64,000 bases of DNA, from NCBI GenBank assembly GCA_043228905.1, contig JBHGNT010000013.1, forward strand, positions 2,480,001 through 2,544,000, read 5' to 3'. Each line of letters opens with the position of its first letter. Positions within the stretch are counted from its first letter, which is position 1. Under the pieces are notes generated by a model that was not told the DNA's origin, made no database searches, and saw only the letters and a list, made by a program, of their open reading frames with translations. The translations under genes and the position numbers were made by a program. The DNA comes from Azolla caroliniana. Lineage: Eukaryota; Plantae; Polypodiophyta. Shown one piece after another: positions 34,187 to 46,127 of the stretch.

Positions 34187-34502
34187 AGGGAATTTGGCCA
34201 CCATCATCCATCAAGACAAAGTGGCCAAAGTGCTCTTAGCACAAATGAAAAATGAGGGAGCTCAAGGTGTTTATATAGCCAGGGCCTTAACTTTCCTATC
34301 TATGTGGGATAGTTCTAATTTCTCTATCTAATCAAACTTCATTTTCTCATAACTTGATATGTATTTCTCCATTTTGTATATAGTAAAATGCATTTTGAAG
34401 CTCTTGAGTATATCCATCTTTCTATAGTAAGCTACTAATCTAATCTATAATAATTATTTCATTATTTTTTTACATAGTGTGTGAAGATTCACACGACACC
34501 GG

Positions 34503-36530
34503 TCCCAAGATGACTTGTTTTTGGTTATCGAAAGCTGGCTCGCCGAGACGGGGTGCTAGATACGAACGTCGTGATAATGCATTTGCCTTCCCTTGGTGCT
34601 TCCCTGGACGATATGTAATTTTGAAGTCAAAACGCGTGAGGAAGTGGGACCACCGAGCTTGACGTCGATTCAACACACGAGCATCCTAAAAGTAGGCAAG
34701 GTTCTTGTGGTCACTAAATACGGTGACCGGATGAGAGGATCCCTCCAAAAAATGCCTCCATTGCATAAAAGAATCCACTATTACCAATAGCTCCTTATCA
34801 TGAATTTTGTAGTTGATTTCGGCGGCGTCAAACTTGCGTGAGTGAAAAGCCACAGGATGTAGCTTCTCATCATTCCCCTGTTGTGACAGAATGCTCCCCA
34901 ATGCAAAATCCGATGCGTCAGCTTCGATAATGAATGGTTTTTCCGGATCGACATGAGCTAGAATTGGAGCCGATGTAAATGCCTTTCTAAGACTCTCGAA
35001 AGCCATGTCTGTTTCTTCAGACCAGATGAACGGTTGTCCCTTCCTGTTAAGTTGTGTGAGAGGTAGAACGATCTTTGAGTAATCTTGTATGAACTTCCGG
35101 TAAAAATTGGCAAAGCCTAGGAAGCATTGCACATCCTGCACTGAACACGGAGTCTGCCATTCTACCACCGTTTTGACCTTAGCTGGGTCCATGGAGATGC
35201 CTTCTGACGAAATGATGTAGCCGAGAAATTCCACTTGGTTGCACCCGAAACTACATTTTTCCAGCTTTGCATACAGACCATGTTCTCGAAGTCGTTTTAG
35301 TACTAATAGTACATGAGAATCATGTTCTTCTTGGGTCTTTGAATAAACCAGTAGATCATCCAAATAGATGATCAAACAATCATCCAATAGATCTCGGAAT
35401 ATATCATTAGCCATGTGCTGCAAGATTGTCAGCACATTAGTGAGGCCGAACGGCATGACCGTATACTCAAAGTGCCCATATCTAGTGCGAAACGTGGTCT
35501 TCCATTCGTCACCAGGTCGGATCCGTACGAGGTTATATGCTCCCCGTAAGTCGATCTTCGTGAAGAACCTGGCACCATTGATCCGTTCTAATAGACTTGA
35601 GATAAGGGGAAGAGCATACCTATTCCTGATTGGAACCTTATTCAGGCCACGGTAATCTACAACTATACGAAGCGATCCATCCTTTTTCTTGACGAAGAAA
35701 ATGGGCGCGCCGGCTGGAGATTTCGAATGCCAAATGAAACTATTTTCCAAATTCTCCTCTATGTAGGCCCGAAGGACTTCCAGCTCGGTTGGTGACAAAT
35801 TGTAGATCGGTCCCCATGGCGGCTCTTTTCCCGGTTGTAAATCGATGGGGCAATCGTACGGTCGATGATGAGGAAGTGTATTGGCTTGTACTTTATCGAA
35901 CACATCGGCGTAATGATGATACTTCTCGGGAAGTTGAACGGTGGATTCTTCTTTAGTGGTGGTGGAGGGGTTTATTGATATTGCAAAGAGGAACATTTCC
36001 TCCTTGCGCCCTTTTTTACGCAACTGATGTAGCGAAATGGTTGCCATCTTCTGAGTTGACCCTTGGGTTTGTCGACACCGGATTTCTCTTGTTCTCCAAT
36101 CTATGTCTGGGTTATGTAACTCGAACCACGGCAATCCTAAAACTATGGGATGTTCTGGGATATTAATAATATTAAATGATACTACACATGCTAAGTTATC
36201 TAGGACAATATTAATGGGCTCTGACTCTTTTATGATATTTCCGGAAGCAATGGGACGTCCATCAATGACTACTACAGAGGCTGGACACTGGAGTTTTCTT
36301 AGGGATATCTTATTAGCTTGAGCAAATTTCTTATCCATAAAGCAAGAGTTAGCTCCGGAATCTAGGAGTGCTAGAATATGTACTGGAGGGGTAGTTTTAG
36401 TACTAACTATTACTTGGGCTACAAACACATCACTAACTTGCTTAGAGGGAATGGAACCACTAATGGGCTGCACAGATCTAGGGTTGTCCAACCAAAAGGC
36501 TCCTATTTTGGCTGGACTTAGTCGTTTAAC
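34503..36530 (-). pseudogene. pol: Tcn1-2 pol 5' part (PR, RT, RNase H) with a TAG at 34686
   Basis: [48 protein letters not shown]. Confidence 0.92.
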
Positions 36531-37619
36531 TCTTCTTCTAACTGACTAAGGACATCAAATCTGTTCGCTAGATCTGGGCTATTAGTACTATTAGGACTAT
36601 CAGATATCCCTACTGAAATAGGCTCGGGTTTAGTACAATTAGAACTAGCGACTATTTGGTTTACCTGTCTTCTTGGCCTATGGGGGCAATTTATTGCAAT
36701 ATGTCCTGGTCCACCGCAGTAAAGACATAGTCCATTTGTACGGCGTCGCTGCTTTTCTTCTTCGGATAATGGCCCTCGACGACGTGTAGTGTCAATCTCC
36801 ATCGAAGTCGGAGTATTCGCTGGAGGCGCATTATATGACTCCCTCGAAAAAGGTCTTGCTACCACTGAGGCGTAGGTGGGCTCTGATCTTGGCCTCGGCA
36901 TCTGTAGCTGTCGTTCCGAACGTCGCTCAAAGAGGCGGTTGTCACATCTCATTGCGCGACTGATTGCTTCTGTTAAGGACTTTGGCTCTTCGGGGAAGGT
37001 CAAGAGTAAATCCTTGACATCGTTGCGTAAACCATAACGGAATTGCTCCATCAACGCTTGATCATCCCAAGGGATATCAGCGGCGAGGAGGCGAAAATCT
37101 ACAGCGTATGCGGAGGCTGGACGGTCACCTTGGTGTAATCGCCGAATTTTGTTGATTGCGGTCCTGATGCTGTCAGTATCTCTGAAACATGCTTTAAACT
37201 CACCTAGAAACTCTTCAAAATTGTTGAGTAACGGAGATTCATTTTCTAATAGTGGAGCGAACCATGCCAACGCTGAGCCACTTAACAAAGTGCCTACTAA
37301 ACCCACTCGTGATGCATCGGTGGGATATCGGGAAGGATGCATTTGAATAACTAATCGTACCTGGTTAAGGAACCCTCTAAACTGTGATCGCGTTCCATCG
37401 AACTTCGTGGGAAGGCCAATCTTGGGTTCTTTATGAATCCCTTGTGTTCCGGGCCCTTGTTGTTGCATCGCTACGATGGTTGCTTCGAGTTGTTGCACGC
37501 GTAACGCAAGTTCCCCACACTGTTGTTGCGTTTGCTGCTTTTCTAAGGAGATTTGTTGAAGATCCCCCAGCAACCGTTGGTTTTCTTGTTCCAAAGCATG
37601 GAACTTCTCTTTCAAGCAT
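36518..37619 (-). pseudogene. gag: Tcn1-2 gag, with an apparent 1-bp insertion just after ATG 37619
   Basis: LPTKFDGTRSQFRGF, LLSGSALAWFAPL, CLYCGGPGHIAINC. ATG CTT GAA (A) GAG AAG restores MLEEKFHAL. Confidence 0.85.
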
Positions 37620-38008
37620 TGAAATTACGAGAAAACAGATTGATATTCTTCAGCGCTAATAGTGGCAATGGGATGAAAGAAAAGAGGAATAAGAGATTAG
37701 TAGGAAATGAGAGAGACAGAAGGTAGGAAAATCGGTTCAAACTGTTAGGAACAGTACGAAGATAGAGAAGTAATTAGTACTAAAAGAGGTATTAGTACTA
37801 AGAGAGGTGAAGAACTCTCGAGAGAAGGAAAGAGTGAGTGAGAGGGAGGGAGAGAGAGATCGAGATCGAGAGAGAGAGAGAGAGAGTGATGATAAGAAGA
37901 GATATATATTATATGAAGAAATTGTACAGTAACTAGGAGGCTTAAGACTGGCGTTGAACCGATTTGGTTCGAAATAATGCCTTGTGCGTCCTTTTATAGT
38001 GTTCTACG

Positions 38009-38036
38009 GAATACTCCTGAAGTTTCTAGAATGTTC
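38009..38036. promoter_or_regulatory. Heat-shock element upstream of the TATA box in the Tcn1-2 LTR (copy at 17328-17355)
   Basis: GAAtaCTCctGAAgtTTCtaGAAtgTTC gives six alternating nGAAn units with one mismatch. TATAAAAG starts at 37998 on the - strand. Confidence 0.7.
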
Positions 38037-38956
38037 CAAAGAAATTTGGAATATACATCAATTTTCTATAATAAAATATAAATGAAAATAATATTCTATG
38101 TATTACAATGTATAGTCTAATGGTCAAGAGCTTGACCCATGTAGCATAAGGTCATGGGTTCGAGTCTTGCCATATCATGACAACAACCAAACCATGGAAG
38201 GAACCCTCGGCTCGCGTCAGACACCCGTGTGCTCCCGTCCAGAGGTCCCCTTTTTGGTGTGTTTGCTCTAGAGCTCGAAGCTCTTTTCTCAACTCTGACT
38301 GGTTGTATTCCCTACGCTTCACGTGTGCGTCCTAACTACTATTGATATTCTACCCCGTTGCTTTACGTTGTTTTCTGCTATGTCATTCTCACTTTGCTAT
38401 TCTCTCGTACTGCATTGAGTCTGAAACCTATGACCACCTCCTTCCTACTCCTCTTTGTCTGTTCACAGTTTTTGTGTGTACGCGATGCGCAAGGCTCTTC
38501 CTCCTTTTTCGATTCCTTGGTTCAAGACCCCCGTGGTCTTGCCTCGTTTCTACGCATCTGCACGGAATACCGTGACATATTTGGTGAACCCGACGTGAAA
38601 CAGGGGCAGTAAAGGAATTTGAAGATGAGTGGGAGCGAACTCGCCGAAGCGATGGCGGTGGCTGTAGACCGCCTAGTTATCGCTCGTGACGGCATGAGTG
38701 CGCTTGATAGGGCCATAAAAGCGACGGTCGACAAGATAGGCCAGTTCAGTTGGAAAGACGCCACGAGTTACCTAGAGGCCTACAAGTCCGAGATGCAGAT
38801 GAGGAACATTCCAGAGGATAGATGACTGACTGGGTTTCCTTGGGTCGTGAAGATGAGCATCCATGCGGAAGTGCTCGAAGTACAAGCGGGCTACTGCAAT
38901 TGGGCAGACTTCGCAGAGCGGATTCTTGAACGGTATAGCTTCGATGACTCGCTCCG

Positions 38957-41900
38957 TGTTGAAGACAAGGCCGTCAATGCAAGTAGCATTCGAATGGGGT
39001 TGAGTACCTGCGTATGACAGTTTCCAAGATCGTGCACAGAGATAGAGAGAGAGAGAGAGAGGAGGCACAAAAGACTCTTCCTATTCAATAGAAACAATAA
39101 TACAACCAACCTTACAAAAAGGTTACTAGGTCACTTTATATAGTGACAAACTTAGGGCAACTACCATTTATGCTAATTGCACAAATGGCCCAAACTTGAG
39201 CTATACAAAGGGATAGTGTGAATACGTCCATTATACACTTGTATTCGACACTCCCCCGTAATGGGCGTATACATGGGTTATCTAAGATTACAGGTATAAA
39301 CCTAGGTTCTCGGACATATCAGTTTTGTTCGAGTCGGCAGGGTCCGAAGGCAGAAGGCCGAACTGGTCGGGTCGGAAGAGTTGAAGCCGATCATTAAGGA
39401 ACTGATGTCGGTTGTCTGAAACCATCCTGCGCTGTGTCCGGCTCTAACCGGATTGGTTTGTCGTTACGCCCATCTGATGCCGAAGGGACCGAAAGCGGTC
39501 TGCCGAAAGACACTTGGTCATTCCATCTGCAACATTGTCGGTTGTGGATATTTTCTCTAGACCGATTTTCCCTGAAATGACGCAGTCCCGAACGAAGTGA
39601 TATCGAACGTCGATATGTTTGGAGGCGTTGTGGTGAACCGGATTTTTCGACAAGGCAACAACACCTTGACTGTCGCTATAGACAACTGGGGCCGAGTCAT
39701 GGTCGACTTGTCGAAACGTGTGCGCCAGCCGGCCGAGCCACAAAGCTTCTTTTGCAGCGTCGGACGCAGCTACATATTCTGCTTCGGTCGTTGAGGTCGC
39801 TGTGCACTCCTGAAGTTTCGACTTCCACGAAATTGCTCCATTGCCGAATTTGAAGCAGTATCCGGTTGTTGATTTCCGACTGTCTATACAGCCGGCGAAG
39901 TCCGAGTCGGTGTAACCGACTACGCCTGAGGTTGAGTTCGGACCGAAAAGAATGCCGTGGTCTTTTGTGCCAGCCAGATATTTGAACACATGCTTGACTG
40001 CGTTCCAATGCGATCGGCCAGGATTGTGCATAAATCTGCTAACGACTCCTACGGCATGAGAAATATCAGGCCGTGTCGCGACCATCAGGTACATAAGGGA
40101 GCCGACTGCCGGTGCATACGGTACCGACTTCATATCTTCCCCCTCCGGACCGGATGTCGGGCAGTCTCGCTGAGAGAGCCGAAGATTCATGGGGAGCGGG
40201 GTTGAAGCAGATTTGGCTGATTGCATGTTGAAGCGTTCCAAGACACGTCCGATATAGTCGGTCTGAGACAAAAAAAGATGTCGTTTATCGCGATGCCGAC
40301 TAATCTTCATGCCAAGTATGTGTCGTGCCGGACCGAGGTCCTTCATGGCAAACTTCAACCGCAATTGCCGAATGAGATCGGCAAGTTCGCCCGCGTGGCG
40401 TCCAGAAATTAGCATGTCGTCCACGTAAATGATGAGGAAGATGGGTGATCCATCTTGAGCTGTGTTGGTAAAAAGACAATGGTCCTCATCGCTTTTTGAG
40501 AAGCCAATCGATTGGATGAAGTCGTCGAACTTCTTGTACCATTGTCGCGGTGCCTGTTTGAGGCCGTATAGACTCTTCCTGAGTCGGCAGACTAGATGTT
40601 CTTGGCCAGTTGCCACGAAGCCTTTTGGCTGCTCCATATAAATTTCCTCTTCAAGATCACCATGGAGGAAGGCTGTTTTGACATCTAGCTGAATCAGCTC
40701 CAAGTTGTCGGCTGCCACTACGCCGAGTAGAAAACGAAGGGTTGTCATTTTCACCACTGGTGAAAAAATCTCGTCGAAGTCGACGCCATATTCTTGTCGG
40801 AAGCCCTTCGCAACTAATCTGGCCTTGTACTTTGGGGTGGTCGAATCAGACGTCTCTTTTAGTCGATAAACCCACTTGCAAGGAAGAGCACGTCGATTCT
40901 TAGGTAATTCGACCAGATCCCAAGTCTTGTTTGCCCGAATGGAGTGCATTTCCGACTCCATCGCCAGATGCCAGGTGGCTGAATCGACAGATGTCGATGC
41001 TTCTTCGTAAGACGTCGGTTCGCCGGCGTCGGTGAAGAAAATTCCAGGAGAATACCTCTCCGGAGGTTGCGACAGTCTCTCGGATCGTCGAGGTATGATT
41101 GGACTGGTCGTATCGGGTATCGAGGTCGGATGGTCCGAAAGCGAATTATTCGGCTGTGCCGAGTCAGAGTTGTCCGAGTCGGTAGTGTAAGGTTCAGCTA
41201 CCCGTGAAGCTGACCGTGTGTTAAGAGCGGGGCCTTCTTGAAGGGTCGGCACATCGGAAAATGTTACCCTTCGGACTTCGATCGGTGTTTCGACTGATGG
41301 ATTCATAGCCGACTCGTTGAACCCAACGTCCGAACTTCGAACGATTTGTCTGCGTTCAGGGTCCCAGAGTCGGTATCCCATTTCGCCGTCTGATCCATAT
41401 CCAAGGAAAATGCATTTCCTGGACCGAGGTGCAAGTTTTCGGCGATCATCTTTCGGAATAAGGGCGTACGCCTCGCATCCGAAGATCCTCAGCTTGTCGT
41501 AATTCAGCTTACTGCCGATCCATAGTTCCTGAGGAATTTGAAGTCCTAGAGGTCTGCTTGGCGACATATTGATTATGTGTACTGCCGTGAGTAGAGCCTC
41601 TGCCCAGAAGCCATCCGACAGTCCGGAGTGTTGGAGCATGGAAACTATCCGTTCTTGGATTGTCCGATTCATGCGTTCTGCAATCCCGTTTTGCTCCGGA
41701 CTGTGTGGTGCCGTAAATTCACGTCGGATGCCGCGTTGTCGGCAGAATTTGACGAATTCTTCTGATTTGAACTCTCCCCCATTGTCGGTCCGAAAGCATT
41801 TCAGTTTTCGGTCAGTTTGATTTTCTACCATAGCGAGCCAATCGGAGAAGATCGAGAAGACACGATCTTTGGTGCGAATTGGATAAGCCCACACCTTTCG

Positions 41901-44352
41901 AGTCGAATCGTCAATAAAACTGACGAAGTAAGAGGCACCGCCGAGAGACTGATGCGGCATTGGGCCACAGACGTCCGAGTGGACTAAATCGAGAGGTCTC
42001 GTTTCTCTTGGTGCTGATGTCGGGTGTGATGCGGCTGCTTGTTTGCCATACTGGCAATGTTCGCAGAATTGATGGTCCGAGAAGGAGAGTTTAGGGATGT
42101 ATCCGGCTCTAGATAGGTGCGTAATGCCGGCCTTGCTGAGGTGTCCTAATCTTCTGTGCCATAGTGATGACACAGGAATATCCACCAAAAACAGGTTACC
42201 CTCTCTGAGCGTAACATGTAACGGATACAGTGAGTGTATCTTGGGTCCTCTAGCAAGCAGGAGGTTCCCTCTGTGGAGTGTCCACCCTCCCGAAGAAAAA
42301 CCGGCACGAATGCCGTCTTCATCTAGTTGTCCGACTGAGATCAATGGCCTTGAGAGCTCGGGTACATGTCGGACATTGTGAAGTACAAGTGTAGAGCCAC
42401 CTGCAAGGTTGAGCTCTACTGTGCCGATTCCAATGATGTCACAGTGTTGCGAGTTGCCGACTCGAACTGAGTCGGAGTGACGGATCGTATATTGCCGAAA
42501 TTGGGATCGATGAGGAGTCACGTGAAATGACGCGCCCGAATCTAAGAGCCATGTGCTCGATTCTTCAGTCGTGAGCAGAACTTCTGATCCGACTGGATTT
42601 TCGATTGATAGTATATTCGGGTCGTTTGGTAGCACATCAGCTGAGAAGCTGACGTAATTGATCTCCTCATGCCGGCCACTCTTCTTGTCTGATTTCTGAG
42701 ACTTGTCGTTCTTGTTCTTGAGTGCGCGGCAGTCGGCTTTGATGTGTCCGGGTTTCTTGCAATAGTTGCAGATTCGATTATCCCGTGACTGGCTCCGTCT
42801 TCGCTGATTGTTCGGCTGCCGTGAGGAATCTCTTCCTCGTATGTTCGATCGGTCTGTCGAACCTTGTACTACATAAGCGTCGTCTGTTGAGTCTTTGGCG
42901 AAAGACTTTCTCCGAGTTGCTTCGGTCAGGATTGCGCTCGTGACTTCGGAGTATTTAACAGCCGTGGTTGACGCGTTGCACACGGTTGTGACGAAAGTTT
43001 CCCATGATGAGGGAAGGCTGCTCATGAGTATCATTGCTCTGAGTTCATCCTCGATTGCCGTCCCCTGAGATGAGATTTGGGAGCTTATGCTTTCGTACTC
43101 ATTGAGATGTGCTTGAACCGAATCTGATTCTTTCATCCGCAAGTTGTAGAGGCGCCGGATCAGAAACATCTTCGTTGCAGCGACCTTCTTTTCGTAGGTG
43201 TCCGACAGTGTTTTCCACAGTTCGAATGTTGTCGTACACGATTGCACCGTAAAGTATACCGATTCCGATAGGTGCATCCGAATCGTGGCGCAGACGATTC
43301 TGTCCAGCTTCTGCCACTCAATTGGTTTGTATCCTTCTGGAGGTGCTTCATTTTCGATGGGATCGATTTGCCCCTTGACTATGAGATAGTCCTGCATTTG
43401 CTCCTTCCAGAAGTTGAAGTTCGATCCATCGAACTTTCGTAGACTCATTTCTGACGAGCCGGATGTTGATGTCATGACTCTGCCCTAAGTCGGCTACGAA
43501 CTTTGGTGAAGTGCAGCGGTTTGGCCCACTCAGTGTCGTTCTAGCCGAAGTTGGACACAAGTGATGTTGATTACGGAGAATCGGGGATTTGGTTCGGATT
43601 GACTACCGACAACTGTCTTAGTCGAGTTGAACCTAGATTTAACGATCCGACAGTACTTCAAGCCGATTCGGTTTCGGTTGACTGCAACGGTGAGAGCAAT
43701 GGAACCGACTGGTCCTTCCGATTATTGTCCAATCGAATGAAACACGAACTGGGGTTGTCCTTGAAGTCGTCGTTGTGCAGGAAGCCCACCTCAAGCAGTT
43801 ACGATCAAGGAAGTAGAGTACAGCCGACTGGCTTACTCCGAGTGATGATCTAACGCAGCGAGATTCAAGCTTGTGTTTGCCTACTTTCTTCTCTGTTTCT
43901 TCGAATGACGCAAGAAACCGAATGCTTTGCAGACTAGGATGAAGCGAAAGGCCGAATACTGTGCAGGCTGTGATGAAGCGAAGAACCGAATGCTGTGCAG
44001 GCTGAGACGACGGCCGACAGTGGGTTGAGGGACCTCGCTCTGATACAAAATGTTGAAGACAAGGCCGTCAATGCGGAAGATCAAGTAGCATTCGAATGGG
44101 GTTGAGTACCTGCGTATGACAGTTTCCAAGATCGTGCACAGAGATAGAGAGAGAGAGAGAGAGGAGGCACAAAAGACTCTTCCTATTCAATAGAAACAAT
44201 AATACAACCAACCTTACAAAAAGGTTACTAGGTCACTTTATATAGTGACAAACTTAGGGCAACTACCATTTATGCTAATTGCACAAATGGCCCAAACTTG
44301 AGCTATACAAAGGGATAGTGTGAATACGTCCATTATACACTTGTATTCGACA
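38957..44352 (-). mobile_element. Full-length Ty1/Copia element (Copia-2), intact ORF
   Basis: LTRs 38957-39250 and 44051-44352 (8-bp indel); TSD CTCCG at 38952-38956 and 44353-44357; PPT at 39251-39260; iMet PBS mutated to TTGTATCAGAGC. Confidence 0.97.
39444..43475 (-). CDS. Copia gag-PR-INT-RT-RH polyprotein, 1343 aa
   Basis: CNYCKKPGHIKADC, LLDSGASFH, LWHRRLGH, TDNGGEF, SLYGLKQAPRQW, YVDD, ADGMTK. Confidence 0.97.
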   Translation of the reverse strand: MTSTSGSSEMSLRKFDGSNFNFWKEQMQDYLIVKGQIDPIENEAPPEGYKPIEWQKLDRIVCATIRMHLSESVYFTVQSCTTTFELWKTLSDTYEKKVAATKMFLIRRLYNLRMKESDSVQAHLNEYESISSQISSQGTAIEDELRAMILMSSLPSSWETFVTTVCNASTTAVKYSEVTSAILTEATRRKSFAKDSTDDAYVVQGSTDRSNIRGRDSSRQPNNQRRRSQSRDNRICNYCKKPGHIKADCRALKNKNDKSQKSDKKSGRHEEINYVSFSADVLPNDPNILSIENPVGSEVLLTTEESSTWLLDSGASFHVTPHRSQFRQYTIRHSDSVRVGNSQHCDIIGIGTVELNLAGGSTLVLHNVRHVPELSRPLISVGQLDEDGIRAGFSSGGWTLHRGNLLLARGPKIHSLYPLHVTLREGNLFLVDIPVSSLWHRRLGHLSKAGITHLSRAGYIPKLSFSDHQFCEHCQYGKQAAASHPTSAPRETRPLDLVHSDVCGPMPHQSLGGASYFVSFIDDSTRKVWAYPIRTKDRVFSIFSDWLAMVENQTDRKLKCFRTDNGGEFKSEEFVKFCRQRGIRREFTAPHSPEQNGIAERMNRTIQERIVSMLQHSGLSDGFWAEALLTAVHIINMSPSRPLGLQIPQELWIGSKLNYDKLRIFGCEAYALIPKDDRRKLAPRSRKCIFLGYGSDGEMGYRLWDPERRQIVRSSDVGFNESAMNPSVETPIEVRRVTFSDVPTLQEGPALNTRSASRVAEPYTTDSDNSDSAQPNNSLSDHPTSIPDTTSPIIPRRSERLSQPPERYSPGIFFTDAGEPTSYEEASTSVDSATWHLAMESEMHSIRANKTWDLVELPKNRRALPCKWVYRLKETSDSTTPKYKARLVAKGFRQEYGVDFDEIFSPVVKMTTLRFLLGVVAADNLELIQLDVKTAFLHGDLEEEIYMEQPKGFVATGQEHLVCRLRKSLYGLKQAPRQWYKKFDDFIQSIGFSKSDEDHCLFTNTAQDGSPIFLIIYVDDMLISGRHAGELADLIRQLRLKFAMKDLGPARHILGMKISRHRDKRHLFLSQTDYIGRVLERFNMQSAKSASTPLPMNLRLSQRDCPTSGPEGEDMKSVPYAPAVGSLMYLMVATRPDISHAVGVVSRFMHNPGRSHWNAVKHVFKYLAGTKDHGILFGPNSTSGVVGYTDSDFAGCIDSRKSTTGYCFKFGNGAISWKSKLQECTATSTTEAEYVAASDAAKEALWLGRLAHTFRQVDHDSAPVVYSDSQGVVALSKNPVHHNASKHIDVRYHFVRDCVISGKIGLEKISTTDNVADGMTKCLSADRFRSLRHQMGVTTNQSG

Positions 44353-46127
44353 CTCCGGTTGTTGAAAAAGGCTTTCATGGATTGGGTTGACAACCTTGGC
44401 AAAGGTCGGAATGCATCATCGCTCCTTCAGGAGTTTGAATCGTGGTTCACGCGGCTCTCCACACTAGACTGGACCATGCTTGACACAAGCAAGGTCCTGC
44501 TCTTTGTTAAGTCGTTCGACTTGCTCAACCGTGATAATGTGGATCACCTTTTACAGACAAACAATGAACTAACGGTCGATTGGGCCGTGGTTAAAGGGGT
44601 GTGTGGCTGGATTGACAAGCACAGAGACTCGAAAGAGAAGGGGTCCTCAACAGTCAGACCGACTGTAGAAACGAGGGTCGAGCCAGCGCCAACCCGAATA
44701 GAAGAAACAAGAAGGTGGCTCAAGCCAGACCTATCCCCGACGAACGTAGTCGCGGGACCATCCGGGGGCGCGGCTCTAGAAGAGCTAACAAAAATGGTGC
44801 GCGATATCCAGATCGCTCAGGCCCTAAGGGGTGACGCAGGCCAGCCCGGCGACCGGCGACTGACGACCAACCAAAGGTGCATATGGTGGGATGCCCTCAG
44901 CCACGCCCAGAGAGATTGTGCCGACTTCCGTGAAGCACTCAGGAGCAACGTGTTGTACCTTTGGAATGGCAGGGTGCACGGGAGCGACACACGGAGAATG
45001 CTCGAAGGAAACCTTGGACAAGGCGGCATGAAGAGGTTGATGGAGGAGGCCGCGGTGCGGCACGTCAAGGCCATACACTACTCGACTTCGGCCGGCACTC
45101 ACGTAGGTGGAAAGGCAGTTAACGCCGATACAAACCCCGGGTTTTGGCCGGTGGTACTAGAAACCTTCTCCGAAACAGGGTTGAAGAAGGAAGAAGTTGA
45201 CCGCGCGGAAAAAGGAGTATGCAATGTCACTGGATGGAGCGACCCGGTTGAGGAAAGTACCGGCTTTGTGGAAGCCGCGTGCCAGAACTACGAGGTTCTA
45301 GTTGATGATAAGCAGGTGAGAAATACCGGAGGAGCAGGCCCTTCAGGAAGGTATGACACCCGGAGCGGACCCATTCAGGAGAAGGAGAAGGCCAAGGTCT
45401 CGAGCTTCTGGTTAAACTTAGAAATCGAGAAAACAACGGACCTACGAAAGGTCCTGGAGGAACGAGTCGTCAATAGTCGCGTAGAACTCACACTGAGAGA
45501 AGTGCTAGGCATAGCAAGGAGAGAGTTCCACGACAGCATCATGGATCTCATAACAAGGAAGCATCTCGCAAAGGAACCAAAACCGGAGAAGCTGGTTGAA
45601 CTAAGGGAGGCACTGCTCAGCGAAGTGGCCACGGAGGACGAGCTTGCGGAAAGCCACTATACAAGGCCGCACTAGGCAAGAGCAATGGCAAAAACCCTGG
45701 TTGGTATCGGGGATTTGAAGGAACCAATGGTGGCGTTGATTGACCATGGGTTGGAAATTAACCTAATGCCCTTGGACTTCTACAAGAAGGGCAAATGGCC
45801 AATCAACATCAAACATGGGTGGAAGATACGCGCAGCTACGAGGGCCACAAAAGAGTGCACGGGGCTTGTCCGAATGTCAAAGTAAGTGTCGGGGATGTCG
45901 AGATAGACCAACACTTTTTCGTGCAAGAGACATCTTCCCATCCGGTCATCCTCGACGAGCCATACATCACGGCATCTCGAATGGAGACCAAAGTGCTAGA
46001 CAATGGTTCGGCCAACGCAAGGGTAAAGAGTCAAGACGACCGTCACTCCGTCCAGTTTTTGACAATGCAGCAGAATCATGAGAAAAATCAGGACACCCTC
46101 AGCAATAATGGCCGAGAGGATTTTTAG

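Larger units (their letters stand above)
18563..34498 (-). mobile_element. Trp-primed Gypsy element A, full-length, mildly degenerate
   Basis: LTRs 18563-19905 and 32845-34498; TSD CCGG at 18559-18562 and 34499-34502; PBS 32840-32823; PPT ggtgggggcgaa; removing it restores host QVILGPARLQA. Confidence 0.97.
17092..38182 (-). mobile_element. Ty3/Gypsy chromovirus, Tcn1/Tf1-sushi-like (Tcn1-2)
   Basis: LTRs 17092-17501 and 37743-38182; TSD ACAAC at 17087-17091 and 38183-38187; PPT at ~17502-17514; chromodomain EYEVTAIVDSK...YLVDWLGY...TWEP. Confidence 0.96.
38625..46127 (+). pseudogene. gag: Element C gag-protease, degenerate, interrupted by Copia-2
   Basis: MSGSELAEAM..., ALIDHGLEINL, ends GREDF*; homologous to element B Gag. 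Confidence 0.9.
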
